Assembly: GCA_977017575.1 (NCBI GenBank)
Contig: CDRNVI010000059.1
Span: forward strand, 248,001-312,000
Reading direction: 5' to 3'
From: Paramoeba atlantica
Lineage: Eukaryota; Protista; Discosea
DNA: 64,000 nt
In this document: one piece after another, positions 19,541 to 30,719 of the stretch
How the letters are laid out: every line of letters begins with the position of its first letter
How positions within the stretch are numbered: the first letter of the stretch is position 1
Position numbers and translations under genes: made by a program
The notes under the pieces: model-generated
The model's input: only the letters and a program-made list of their open reading frames with translations
The model's database searches: none
What the model was told of the DNA's origin: nothing

Positions 19541-22162
19541 ATGTCAACTAATCCATCGCCAACCCCTTCGGAGAATCGTCCTAGTGATCCACTATGTCTG
19601 ATTAATGAAGACTGTATTTTTACATCAACAGAAAAGTTTAATCAGTTCCTGGCTTTCGCTGCACACACATCGGAACCTGCAGCGGAGACATTTCCCCCGT
19701 CGACTGAATACAATATCATTGGAATCCTCGGAGGTCAAAGTACCGGAAAATCGACTCTTCTCAACGCACTATTTGGGACAACCTTTCCTGTGATGGACGA
19801 GGACGCGGGAAGGTATCAAACCACAAAAGGGTTATGGCTTGCGCACGCACACTCATCTTCGACGAAAACTCCTTTGTTTGTAATGGATGCAGAAGGCACC
19901 GATGGTCGTGAGCGGTTTGATGACCAAACGTTTGAACGGCGCGCTTCTTTATTCTCTCTCGCCACTTGCGACCTACTTGTGATTAATCTTTTAAGCTCTG
20001 AAGTGGGACGATACAACGCCGCGAATCTGAGTTTGCTGCGCTGTATTATGGAGCTCTATCTCCAGTTGTTCTCGAAAAGTGTGGAGCACACCAATAATGG
20101 CGGGGAAGAATCACAACTAGAACACACGGAGGAAAGACAGTCTGAAGAGACTGAGAAAGTTACGGAGCGCTCTAACGAATTTGATGCGTCTACAGAGATT
20201 AGAAATGAGACTCCTCGAATTAATGAAGAAACACCTAAGACTGAGCCCAAGGTTCCGGTAAGCGGCCACCGTCGTATGCGGCTTCTTTTCATTCTTCGCG
20301 ACCATGTCAAGACTTCTTTTGACACCGAAGTAACTGTCCTGGAGAAATCATTGCGTCAAGTGTGGAGTGGTGTCTATCGCTCAGGAAACGCAACACCGAA
20401 TGTTACGCCTCAGCGAAATACCGATCGCTCGAATGTCAGCACCTCGAAACGCAGCGCCAAACGACGTAATCGCAAATTTCATGCACACAAATCTCACAAC
20501 TCGGGGTTGGCAGAATCATCGGGCCATACCCACGAGCTCCCTACAGATAGCACTTTCGAACCCGAGCACATGTTTGAGGATTACTTTGATGTCTCTTATT
20601 TCGCTCTCCCACACTACCAGTTGCAACGTAGCGAATTTGACCAGCAAATTGAAACGCTAAAACACAAATTTCGTTTCGACGCGGCGTGTATTCTTCCCTC
20701 GCTCCCACTTCGTGCCGCACGTCCATGCGGCCGAGGTCTGGATGTCCCCCTCGAAGCGCTCTACATTTATATGAGTAACTGCTGGGCTACGATTTGTGAC
20801 AACAAGGAAATTGACATTCCTTCTCAAAAAGAGCTGATTGCGGTGCACCGATGTGCAGAGCTTCGTCGAGACACCCTCACGGTGGTCGAGAAAATGCTAT
20901 CGGAATGGAATGCGCAGCTTCGGGATAAAAAGCCAATCCCGCGTTTGATGGCACAAGTCCGTTCGTTAGCCCACGCCCACGAGCGACAAATGCAGCACCG
21001 CGCGGAGCTCTACCCCCGTCATACGGTCTCCAAACTGAGCCATGAGCTGCATGAGGAGATTTTACGGCAGGCGGAGCCCATTTTAGAGGCGCAGTTACAG
21101 CTTGTGCTCAGCAGCGCTCAATCCTCGCTAGAAGCTGAACTCTTTCTCCCCCTGGATCGAATTCTCCAAGCTGGTTTACCTGTAGAAACGACATGGCCTC
21201 AAATTCGAGAATTACTCCAGTCCTTGCGGAAAGGTCTGATTCTTCGTTTTATTCGGTTACAGGAAAAGGCACAAACATTAGATGAAGCGCTGAGCGACTC
21301 TGCAATTTCACGATTGGAGCTCAATCTTGAAATCACGTTTGATCGACGACTACGCGCCTTAGCTCGTGATGCGCACAAACACATGGCTTCTCTTTTTGAG
21401 TACGCGTTGCATCACAAAAAGGATGGCGCCCTACGGGTCTACCCCTCCCTTGCAGGACTGATGAAGCGTGCGAGTGTGGTCGAGAAACTCGGGGTGCGGT
21501 ATTTGGAAAATGTCTGCTGCAATCGGTTAAAAAACAGAGAATGGGATTCAAGTGTTGGTATAAAAATCGAGGGCCCGAATGTTCATTTATGTGTGCCGTT
21601 AAGTAAAACCTGGTCTAGTGATGTGGAGAAAGCTTTGCAGGTCATAAAATCGGGTGGAGAAGTTTCGGAGGATAAGGCGAATACGGAAGAGATTGACCAT
21701 GGAGATGTCGTACCGTTGATCTTACAAGAGTGGGAGCTACAACGTGCCTACGAGCTTTATAAGCAGCAAACGCAGTTCACGGTACAGCTTTTGCAGAGGA
21801 CTATGGAATCCCCTTCACGGACGCACATTCCGCTTTGGTTTTGGGCGTTGTTTGCTTTTTTCGCATTCGACGATGTTTGTTATATGCTGACGAGTCCTCT
21901 GTGGTTGATGCTTGCGCTTACGCTGGGGTATTTGTTCCTACATGAATGGATCTCAGAGCGTTGGGAAAAACTAAATCGAATCGGAGATCTACTGCAACTG
22001 CAAAACGTCCTTAGTTTCTTGCAACCCCTTTCTGGAGACCTTAAAACGCGTAAAATGGACACTCCGCCAGATCGCTCTACGAAGGATAAAGCAAATAAAA
22101 GGATATCATCCAGCACAGATTCCCTTAGTAATGAAGAGGGCACGAAAAATGATTCGTATTAA
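19541..22162 (+). CDS. SEY1: RHD3/Sey1 ER-fusion GTPase
   Basis: GGQSTGKSTLLNALFGT, QTTKGLW, MDAEGTDGRER, FILRD; C-terminal hydrophobic hairpin IPLWFWALFAFFAFDD. Confidence 0.95.
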   Translation: MSTNPSPTPSENRPSDPLCLINEDCIFTSTEKFNQFLAFAAHTSEPAAETFPPSTEYNIIGILGGQSTGKSTLLNALFGTTFPVMDEDAGRYQTTKGLWLAHAHSSSTKTPLFVMDAEGTDGRERFDDQTFERRASLFSLATCDLLVINLLSSEVGRYNAANLSLLRCIMELYLQLFSKSVEHTNNGGEESQLEHTEERQSEETEKVTERSNEFDASTEIRNETPRINEETPKTEPKVPVSGHRRMRLLFILRDHVKTSFDTEVTVLEKSLRQVWSGVYRSGNATPNVTPQRNTDRSNVSTSKRSAKRRNRKFHAHKSHNSGLAESSGHTHELPTDSTFEPEHMFEDYFDVSYFALPHYQLQRSEFDQQIETLKHKFRFDAACILPSLPLRAARPCGRGLDVPLEALYIYMSNCWATICDNKEIDIPSQKELIAVHRCAELRRDTLTVVEKMLSEWNAQLRDKKPIPRLMAQVRSLAHAHERQMQHRAELYPRHTVSKLSHELHEEILRQAEPILEAQLQLVLSSAQSSLEAELFLPLDRILQAGLPVETTWPQIRELLQSLRKGLILRFIRLQEKAQTLDEALSDSAISRLELNLEITFDRRLRALARDAHKHMASLFEYALHHKKDGALRVYPSLAGLMKRASVVEKLGVRYLENVCCNRLKNREWDSSVGIKIEGPNVHLCVPLSKTWSSDVEKALQVIKSGGEVSEDKANTEEIDHGDVVPLILQEWELQRAYELYKQQTQFTVQLLQRTMESPSRTHIPLWFWALFAFFAFDDVCYMLTSPLWLMLALTLGYLFLHEWISERWEKLNRIGDLLQLQNVLSFLQPLSGDLKTRKMDTPPDRSTKDKANKRISSSTDSLSNEEGTKNDSY

Positions 22163-22508
22163 CTCACGTAGATTGTAGCAGACTTTGTTACTAGGTGTAC
22201 GAGATGTGTATGTGTACTGGTTTGGAATGTGAGTAACTCCTTGCACAACAGCCTCTTTCTTAGCAAACGGTGGTCGGGGCTATGTTCCGACATATTTTTT
22301 AAATGACTCTTAGCAGATGCCTTCTCCAACAGATTGGTTTTTGTTGTACATGACTTTGCTTTTAGATTCATGTTCTTTATTTATTTTTCATCCCGAATGA
22401 CAAGTAACAACGTACTTTCCATTCAACACCTTTTTACCAGCTTTTTACCACACAAATTTTCAAATTCAAAATTCAGGTTTACCAATGTTTTTTTAATAAT
22501 CTACCTAA

Positions 22509-23393
22509 ATGGCGCCACACAATCTTACCCCATTCTTGCAATCTAAACTGCAAGAGTATCGTGGAATTAAAGATTTTGACCCATTGGCATGGGTTGACTC
22601 AAAATGTCTTGCCCTCAACCAATACATGACGAAGCATAACCTCTCCGGGTGTGTCACCTCCGTCTCCGGTGGTATCGACAGCGCAGTGACTCTCTTTCTC
22701 TGTGCTCGGGCAAAACAGATGCCGCAGTCGCCTATTCGTCGAAATATTGCGCTGTGTCAACCCATTGAAAGTAGCGACTGGGCCACGGAACGAGGGATGG
22801 AAAATGCAAAGGCCTGTGGGGCTGAAATCGTGCTGATCGACCAAACCGCATCTCATCGTTTGCTCTCGGCTAAGATCGAAACGGCAATGGGTGTCGAGAA
22901 ACCGAACACTTTTGCTCGTGGTCAACTTCGCTCGTACATGCGCACTCCGGTTAGTTACTACGTAGCGCAGCTTTTGGGTGCACAAGAATGTCCAGCGATT
23001 GTAATGGGCACAGGCAATCGTGATGAGGACGGCTATTTGGGCTACTTCTGCAAGGCAGGAGATGGGGTGTTTGACGTATCACTAATATCAGATTTACACA
23101 AATCGGAGGTGTACGCTGTGGGACAGCATTTAAGCGTGCCGCTGAACACCTTGAACGCCTCGCCTTCGGCTGATCTGTGGCCAAATCAGACGGATGAGGA
23201 TGAGCTAAACGTTCTCTATGACACTGTTGAGCTTTACACTGGATGGTTTCTGCAACTTGCAAAGGAGGAGCAAGATCAGTTTTTGTCCTCTATGGATGAA
23301 ACCTCTAAAAGCATTTTCTTGAAAGATGCCACTCAAATAGAAAGTTTACATAGGCGAAACGCGCATAAGCTATCGCCGTCCGTACTCTTGTGA
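22509..23393 (+). CDS. nadE: NH3-dependent NAD+ synthetase, single domain
   Basis: SGGIDS, GTGNRDE, ISDLHKSEV, PSADLWPNQTDEDEL, HK; no glutaminase domain. Confidence 0.93.
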   Translation: MAPHNLTPFLQSKLQEYRGIKDFDPLAWVDSKCLALNQYMTKHNLSGCVTSVSGGIDSAVTLFLCARAKQMPQSPIRRNIALCQPIESSDWATERGMENAKACGAEIVLIDQTASHRLLSAKIETAMGVEKPNTFARGQLRSYMRTPVSYYVAQLLGAQECPAIVMGTGNRDEDGYLGYFCKAGDGVFDVSLISDLHKSEVYAVGQHLSVPLNTLNASPSADLWPNQTDEDELNVLYDTVELYTGWFLQLAKEEQDQFLSSMDETSKSIFLKDATQIESLHRRNAHKLSPSVLL

Positions 23394-23670
23394 GAGTAAA
23401 ATTTCTCACGCTTTGTGATGACGGGCCCTACTGTGCATCCATTTGCTCACTAACCGCAAAAACCTTTTTAACAAAAATCTTTCTCAAAGACGCACACAAA
23501 TCATTGTATCACTATACAACAAATACCACCATACACATGATTTTTATCCCTAAATTTATTCTTGTAACGAAAAACAAAACTCTTTTCTATCTTTCCTAGA
23601 CATCTCTGTTTTACTTACTGTAGATAGACATCTCTCTTTTTACTCCCCATCTCTCCCCCCTCTCCCCACC

Positions 23671-26600
23671 ATGGATTTCCTCAGCACCATTGATTTCGCC
23701 GCCGCTCTCGACGAGGAGGAGGAGGAGGAGGCCAAGAACCACGCCTCACGGTACGGCCGGCTCCACCCCTCCCAGCGTGGGCTTCACCCTTTCCTCCCCT
23801 CACCCTCTTCAACGACCACAACCCCGATGGCCCCGTTTACACGTCAAACTACCCAACCCAGTGGTTTCGGTCCCACACAGGATTCGGTGTATTCGCTCGG
23901 TACCACTCAAGAGGATACCCAAGATGATTTCAGTGATACTGAAGAAGACGAAGAAGACGAAAACTCCGAAGACCATGAAGATGAAGAAGAAAACGATGAA
24001 ACCCCAAACGGTGACCGCGACGAAAATCATCCCAGTGCGTTTGCTCTTCACTCTGCCTCTTCTACACTATTATCTCAAAATACGGAAATTCAATCCATTG
24101 CCCCTTCTGAGGTGAACAGCGATGAGAGCAGCTGTTCAAGTCTTGAGGAAGACGAAGAAGAAGACTATGAAGAAGGAAAGGATGGAAGGAAGGGGAAACG
24201 TAAAAAGGCCAACGGGGCCTTATCCCATCTCCCGGCCCATGCCTGCGCGTACTGTGGGTGTGGGGACCCGGCCGCGGTGGTCCAGTGCGGGGTGGGACGC
24301 TGCGGGAAGTGGTTCTGTAACGGCCGCGGCTCCACCGCGGGGTCTCATGCCATCCACCATTGCATCCGGAGTAAACACAAGGAGGTGGTGCTGCACCCGG
24401 AGGGGTTGCTCGGGGATACCACCCTGGAGTGTTTTGTTTGCGGCAATAAGAATGTGTTTGTGCTGGGGTTCGTGCCGAGTTGTACCGAGAGTGTGGTGAT
24501 TTTGCTGTGCCGGGATCCGTGTTTGGGAACGTCCCAGGCGGGAAGTGGGACGGATTGGGATCCGTCGACGTGGTTGCCGTTGATTGAGGATCGGAAGCTG
24601 TTGCCGTGGCTGGTGAAGTCGCCTTCGGCGGCGGAGATGGCACGGTGTCGGAAGATTACCACGGAGCAGATTGTGAAGCTGGAGGAGTTGTGGAAAACGA
24701 ACCCGCAGGGGAGCATTGAGGATTTGAATCCGGCGCAGGCTTCTCGTACCGGTCCGCTGGAGTCCGTTTGTTTCTTTTATGAGGATGCTTACCACTACCA
24801 AGCCGTGTTTACCCCTCTGATTGAGATGGAAGCCGCCTATGACGAGGCCATGAAGGCGTCACAAGCCATCACGAATGCGACAATATCGTGGACGCCGGGG
24901 ATTAGTGGAAAAACCATGGCCACGTTTGTATTTCCTCGCGCCGACAGCGACACACGGCTGGTCGTGGGAGACGAAATTCGTATCATACATCCCTCGGAAA
25001 AGCTCGCTGCTGAAAACCAAGGAAAGCTGTCCGGCGTTGCGAAAGACCCCACCTTGGGGGTTTTGTCGCGGGCTGTGGCATCAAAATCCGGAAAATCGAA
25101 ATCTATGTCGCTGCGTTCCTCGGGTGCGACCTTAAACGAATCCATTGCGCTGACGCTGGAGCAAAAGATTTTATCCCAGAAATGGCAGCAAGGGGCGTTC
25201 GACAAGAAGCCCGGCGACAAGAAGGAAAAGGGTGAGGACGAGGGGCTTGGGGTCGTGGGCACCGTCGTCCGCATCAATGTCACCCCCACCTCCACCGATG
25301 AGATCACCGTGGAACTCAAACCCACGGAAGCGCAAAAAGTCCACACCGAGCTCACCCACGGGTACATCTGCGAAATGGTATGGAAACCGGTCACCTTTGA
25401 GCGCATGAAACAAGCCATGCGGGTGTTCGCCGCCGACGAGAGCAGCGTAAGTGCCTACCTCTACCACCGTCTCCTGGGCCACGCCGTGGAGCACCACCCC
25501 ACCCTCCCCGTGGACCTCCCCAAAACCCTCCACGCCCCCTCCCTCCCCAAACTCAACCCCAGCCAGGCCGCCGCGGTGCGCAGTGTGCTCCCCCAGCCCC
25601 TGAGTCTTATCCAAGGCCCCCCGGGGACGGGGAAGACGGTGACCAGTGCCACCCTCGTCTACCACATGGCCTCCCTGAACAAAACCCAGGTCCTGGTCAC
25701 CGCCCCCAGCAACGTGGCCGTGGACCACCTCGCGGAGCGCATCGCGAAGACCGGGCTCCGTGTGGTCCGCATGTGCGCCCGGTCCCGGGAGAGCGTGCTA
25801 AGTGTAGTGGAGCCCCTAACACTGCACGCCCAGGTGGAGAGCCTAGCCACGAACAGCCCCCAGTGGAGCGAGCTGTACAAACTGCGCAAACTCCGCGACG
25901 TGCTGGGCCATCTCTCCACCGCGGATGAGCATAAATATGTCCATTTGTTGCGAAAAATGGAGAGCGAGCTGCTCCGGGGGGCGGATGTGGTGTGCACGAC
26001 CTGTGTGGGGAGCGGGGACAGCCGTCTCGGTCGGTTTCGGTTCAAACATGTGCTGATTGATGAGAGCACGCAGTCGTGTGAGCCGGAGACGCTGCTGGCG
26101 CTGGTGCGCGGGGCCCGGCAGGTCGTCCTCGTCGGGGACCACTGCCAGCTGGGGCCGGTGATTTTGTGTAAGGAGGCGACGAAAGCGGGGCTCGGGCGGT
26201 CGTTGTTCGAGCGGCTCGTGCTGCTCGGGGTGCGGCCGTACCGTCTGCAGGTGCAGTACCGGATGCACCCCGCGATCTCGGCCTTCCCCTCCGCAACGTT
26301 CTATGAGGGGACGTTACAGAATGGGGTGACGCAGGAGGAGAGGCTGCGGGAGGAACACCCGTTTCCGTGGCCCTGCCCCCATAAGCCGCTGTTCTTTTAC
26401 AACAGCATTGGGGCTGAGGAGCTCAGTGGGAGTGGCACGAGCTACCTGAACCGGGTAGAAGGGGCGCTGGTTGAGAAATGTGTCACCCAGCTCCTCCAAG
26501 TCGGGGTACTCCCCGATGATGTGGGGATTATTACCCCCTACGAGGGCCAACGGGCCTATGTGGTCCACTATCTACAACGAAACGGTACTCTCCCCTCGGA

Positions 26601-27348
26601 CCTCTACAAACGTATCGAGGTCAGCTCCGTGGATGCGTTCCAGGGCCGGGAGAAGCAGTACATTATCCTTAGCTGTGTGCGAAGTAACGACCACCAGGGG
26701 ATTGGTTTCCTCTCGGATGCGCGACGGCTTAATGTCGCGCTTACCCGAGCCCAGAGCGGGCTGATCATTATCGGCAACGGTCGGGTGTTAAGTCGCAGCC
26801 CTCTGTGGCACGCGCTGATCTCCCATTACAAGGCCATGAATCTGGTCGTGGAAGGGCCACTGAGTGGGTTAAAGGCTGTGAATCTCACTTTGCAGCGCCC
26901 CTATGAGATTCGCAGTGGGTTGTTTCGAACCCAGACCGAGTTGGTCGCGGGGGTCGGGGGGGCAAAGGAACAAACCGCAAATGTTGCTGTCCCCAAGACA
27001 GCGATGGAGGCTGCCCCTGAGATGTATGACACCCCGATCGATGGGTCCTACTCCCGGGCCCTGCGTGAGGGGGGGAGGGGGGAGAAACCCTCCGCGGCCG
27101 GCGGTGAGGGCGTGGGCGGTACGCGGGAGGCCGCACTTCCGGGGTTGAACAAGGGAAAGGAGGCAGCGGGTGGGAAAAACAATGAACAAACAAGCCCAAT
27201 GGCGACAGGAGCTGTCCCGTATCACCCTCGCATGACGCCCGCGGCTCAGGCCCAGTCCTATGTGAAGGCGCTGGAGACCCATTTGCGGAAGCAGCCGGTG
27301 AGGGAGTCGGAAGGTGGCAGGGGGGCGTTTGGGGGTGGGAGGAGGTAA
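23671..27348 (+). CDS. UPF1: Nonsense-mediated decay helicase UPF1
   Basis: CH domain (HACAYCG...KWFCNGRG...LECFVCG), QGPPGTGKT, IDESTQ, VGDHCQLGP, QYRMHP, VDAFQGREK, RLNVALTRA. Confidence 0.98.
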   Translation: MDFLSTIDFAAALDEEEEEEAKNHASRYGRLHPSQRGLHPFLPSPSSTTTTPMAPFTRQTTQPSGFGPTQDSVYSLGTTQEDTQDDFSDTEEDEEDENSEDHEDEEENDETPNGDRDENHPSAFALHSASSTLLSQNTEIQSIAPSEVNSDESSCSSLEEDEEEDYEEGKDGRKGKRKKANGALSHLPAHACAYCGCGDPAAVVQCGVGRCGKWFCNGRGSTAGSHAIHHCIRSKHKEVVLHPEGLLGDTTLECFVCGNKNVFVLGFVPSCTESVVILLCRDPCLGTSQAGSGTDWDPSTWLPLIEDRKLLPWLVKSPSAAEMARCRKITTEQIVKLEELWKTNPQGSIEDLNPAQASRTGPLESVCFFYEDAYHYQAVFTPLIEMEAAYDEAMKASQAITNATISWTPGISGKTMATFVFPRADSDTRLVVGDEIRIIHPSEKLAAENQGKLSGVAKDPTLGVLSRAVASKSGKSKSMSLRSSGATLNESIALTLEQKILSQKWQQGAFDKKPGDKKEKGEDEGLGVVGTVVRINVTPTSTDEITVELKPTEAQKVHTELTHGYICEMVWKPVTFERMKQAMRVFAADESSVSAYLYHRLLGHAVEHHPTLPVDLPKTLHAPSLPKLNPSQAAAVRSVLPQPLSLIQGPPGTGKTVTSATLVYHMASLNKTQVLVTAPSNVAVDHLAERIAKTGLRVVRMCARSRESVLSVVEPLTLHAQVESLATNSPQWSELYKLRKLRDVLGHLSTADEHKYVHLLRKMESELLRGADVVCTTCVGSGDSRLGRFRFKHVLIDESTQSCEPETLLALVRGARQVVLVGDHCQLGPVILCKEATKAGLGRSLFERLVLLGVRPYRLQVQYRMHPAISAFPSATFYEGTLQNGVTQEERLREEHPFPWPCPHKPLFFYNSIGAEELSGSGTSYLNRVEGALVEKCVTQLLQVGVLPDDVGIITPYEGQRAYVVHYLQRNGTLPSDLYKRIEVSSVDAFQGREKQYIILSCVRSNDHQGIGFLSDARRLNVALTRAQSGLIIIGNGRVLSRSPLWHALISHYKAMNLVVEGPLSGLKAVNLTLQRPYEIRSGLFRTQTELVAGVGGAKEQTANVAVPKTAMEAAPEMYDTPIDGSYSRALREGGRGEKPSAAGGEGVGGTREAALPGLNKGKEAAGGKNNEQTSPMATGAVPYHPRMTPAAQAQSYVKALETHLRKQPVRESEGGRGAFGGGRR

Positions 27349-28237
27349 AAGGCTTCGTGATTGAAGGAAATATAGGGAAACGAGATCTGTGGGTGGTGGA
27401 ATACGGCATATGATATTTTTCTGTATGAAAACATTACGAAACGATTATTTTTGTGAGCGTGTGTGAATGACAGTGCCTGAATGCGAGGGTATCAAAGAGG
27501 TGACAATAGCGAAATGTGGTGACTTTCGGACTTTTGGGAAAAGAACATCGTACTTTGCTTCAATGCGTGTTTCGCACATGTAATATTGCTTTTCCGCTTA
27601 CGATCAATGTGTAACCAGTAGCTTCCAAGACCCTAAAGATATGCGAAAGGTCTAACTCTTGGGAAACATCGTTCACATCCACAATTTTCGCGCATGGGCA
27701 ACTTACAGTAAACATACTGAAGTGCACGTGTCTGTGAAACCTATTGCTTCTCTCCCGATTATGGAACCTTTCAAGACTCTCAATTTCGATGCACGTGCTC
27801 TCAGAGTATTATCCCTTTGAAAAGTGTGCGCCACATTATTTATTTCTTACATTATGTATGCAATACTGTTTGCTAATATTATTTTTATTTTTTCTCAAGG
27901 TATTCTTCTGGTAGGGTGCTCAAGGTGAGAACTTCTGTCACTCTGCATTTGCTGCTATTCAAAGCATTTCGAATTGTAGTAAGAGAATACGTACTGTCGC
28001 TATGAGTAATGTCGCCACGATACGGTAGCTAGTGTCGCTACTTTGTATGAAATTGTTTTGGTGAACCTTGAAGAATCATGATGTCCTGCATTTATCAATT
28101 AATGATCGATTATTTTAAAACGAACCGTAAAGGCTTGGATTCTAAAATTTTGAAATACATTTCTCGGAGTAGTACTCCAATGATTTTAATCTTTACTCCA
28201 ATAGCAGACTCTTTTTTACATTGCACTCGTTCCAATT

Positions 28238-28726
28238 ATGTCGTCTTCCAACGCCGATCCTCATGATTACTTTACCCAACTCACTACAGAGTTGGCATCG
28301 CTCGACGAAATACCCCCGAAACTTCATCCCTTCTCTGTCTCCAGTGCTTTTCCTGAGACAATAACAGGATGCAAGGCTTTGCTACTGCTGCACTACAATC
28401 GTCTACTCGCCTATCGTGGCTGCGCAGTACTCACACGTGAGAGGGAACTAATGAAAGCCATGCGAAACGGTTCGGTTACCTCCCGAGATGAGATTCAACA
28501 ATGGGTGGAGAGTTATCACACTCGAGAGATTGACTCACAGTCCATGGAACAACCAGAGGTAGATGAGATTACACAAGCAAGCGCAAGGAAAATGGATAGA
28601 AATATCAACTGGGAAGTGCCTAAAACGTTGCGAAAAATTGATAATGCGCTTGCTCATCTCCGATACCTGTTAGATGCCGCAATTAAGCTGGAGGGGCCCA
28701 GAAAGGGGCTCGCGAAAAGCAAGTAA
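28238..28726 (+). CDS. Hypothetical protein
   Basis: 162-codon ORF co-oriented with the cluster; no recognised motif. Confidence 0.5.
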   Translation: MSSSNADPHDYFTQLTTELASLDEIPPKLHPFSVSSAFPETITGCKALLLLHYNRLLAYRGCAVLTRERELMKAMRNGSVTSRDEIQQWVESYHTREIDSQSMEQPEVDEITQASARKMDRNINWEVPKTLRKIDNALAHLRYLLDAAIKLEGPRKGLAKSK

Positions 28727-28975
28727 ACTAACTTACAGTGTCAAATCTGGCTTCATGCATAAATCCCGTCGTTGGTTGTTTGAGATTGTTTTTTTCGAAT
28801 CTCTTTTCTCCACTCTGTGAGAGCTCATCGGCGATAACTCCGCAGTTAACATCACATACCGACTTCCAACAGCTATATTGAATTAAAAGATCATCTCCTA
28901 CAACCGCATCCTTCTTATTTTATAGATGCTTTACGAGCCTCCTTTCTCCCTAACCCCTCTTACCTCCTTCCCCCC

Positions 28976-30265
28976 ATGTTCTCTCGCTTCCTTCGTCATC
29001 TGCATTCCCCCTCCATTTTTCCCGTACTCCCCTCCCCTCTCCCCATTTACCCCACCCTCCCCGACACGGACCCACAAAATCCCGAACACCTCGACGGCGA
29101 CGACGATATTTTTTCTTACGCCACAAACTCTACTGCGTATCTTCGCGAGTCGGATGCTAAAATGTCGTCCCCCTCTTTTTCTTCTTCTTCTTCTTCTTCT
29201 TCCAGCGAAAACAAAAATGCAACCGGAAAGAAAAAATACAATCCTCTCACGGCGCGTCTTCAATGGTACGCGGCGCTTAACAACGCTGAGGACCTTGTAA
29301 CGCCTGGGGGAATCCATCAGTGCCTTGAACGTGCAGAAAAGAGGCCATCACTGTCGGGTTCCGAGGCCCATCACACGGAATACGGTAACCCCCATCCGTT
29401 TCCGCACTATTACGGCATCGATGGGTTTACCTCTCCGGGGTTTTGTATTGCCGAGACCCACGCGGACCCCAGCCAGGGGTTTTGTCTCTCGATGGCTTAT
29501 CTCCCGAAACAAGCCACCGTGGAGATGCGCTATTTGCCGCAGAAAGCAAAGTTCGCCCCCGCAGTGGGGCTACGGAGAATACAAGACGACCGTGGAGAAC
29601 GGTTTAAGGAGGACAGTGAAGCCTATCTGGGGAGGGGGGAGGAAAAAGGGAGAAACGCCTGCGAACTTGTGATTGAACCCAGCGATCCCGGAGCCCCCGA
29701 ATTTGACCCGCGACGGATGATGTATAAAAGAATTCATCCGATTTGTGTGGCGAAAATAATAGCGGTGCTGGAAAATCGCATTCCCGAGATGGAATTTCGG
29801 AACTTCGATAAAGAGGTTCGTGTAGCGTTTTGGAAGATGAGGGAAAACGGTTTCGCGCTGTTTCTGGCAGGGAACCAGATGCGACTTCCCGGAGCGCCTC
29901 ATATTGAGACCACACTGACGTTTGAAGGCGAACATGTCACACAGTTACATCAGTTTCTAATCAATGCGCTCATAGCTAGTTTTAGCCGATCGGAGGGTGG
30001 GGTAAAACTCCCAGAGCTTCGCACACGCGCACAGTTGCGGCAGTCCGCAATGGAAAAATTTGGATCTTGTCTGTTTTGTAAGGCGAAGGGTCACTATGAG
30101 AGCATGTGTCCGATACGAGAGAGAGTTCACAAGTGTGTGTATTGTTCGCAGGAAGGGCACTACGAGGCGCGCTGCCCTAGATGTAAGATATGCAGTCACT
30201 GTCGGCAGCGGGGTCACGGGTCACAGGATTGTCCGCTGAACGTGTGGTTCGGCGCAGCAAACTAG
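28976..30265 (+). CDS. MRP1/gBP21-like mitochondrial guide-RNA-binding protein with three C-terminal CCHC knuckles
   Basis: Matrix-type presequence MFSRFLRHL; FCIAETHADPSQG, YLPQ, DPGAPEFDPRR and FLINALIASF recall MRP1 (from memory FEIHDVRDDPAEG, YPQ, DPNDLSPQFDADRR, FLESALDESF); three CxxCxxxGHxxxxC motifs. Confidence 0.7.
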   Translation: MFSRFLRHLHSPSIFPVLPSPLPIYPTLPDTDPQNPEHLDGDDDIFSYATNSTAYLRESDAKMSSPSFSSSSSSSSSENKNATGKKKYNPLTARLQWYAALNNAEDLVTPGGIHQCLERAEKRPSLSGSEAHHTEYGNPHPFPHYYGIDGFTSPGFCIAETHADPSQGFCLSMAYLPKQATVEMRYLPQKAKFAPAVGLRRIQDDRGERFKEDSEAYLGRGEEKGRNACELVIEPSDPGAPEFDPRRMMYKRIHPICVAKIIAVLENRIPEMEFRNFDKEVRVAFWKMRENGFALFLAGNQMRLPGAPHIETTLTFEGEHVTQLHQFLINALIASFSRSEGGVKLPELRTRAQLRQSAMEKFGSCLFCKAKGHYESMCPIRERVHKCVYCSQEGHYEARCPRCKICSHCRQRGHGSQDCPLNVWFGAAN

Positions 30266-30719
30266 TACACCGACGTACCGTATCAAATGCAATCATTATG
30301 TAACAGGTTGCGTTACGGGAACCCGTCAGTGGTATCGTGCGGTGCAATCCGGTAATACAATATGGGACGCCGTATTTTACCTTCAGTGGGATAGTTTCGG
30401 CAATCACCCTGGTTGACCCCGGTTGTGTCCAGAGTAGAAAAGTCCGGATCAAGGTCGCATTTTGAGTGAGGTCTCTCCCTCGTGGTCTCTTTTTTAAAAT
30501 CGTGGTGTGTGTTCTGTCCTTCATCCGGGCGTCTTCCTTGAACATCTCAACTACATAACTTTGTCCATATGAAACTCACAAAATATAGTATATTTTTAAT
30601 CTCACACAAGATGCTGAGCACAATGAAACAAAAACTTTCTCATTACCATCTCAGCTCCACAAAAACAAAACTTTCTAGGCCTTTTTATCTTCCTCCTCTC
30701 CCTTCCCACCAGCCCCCCC

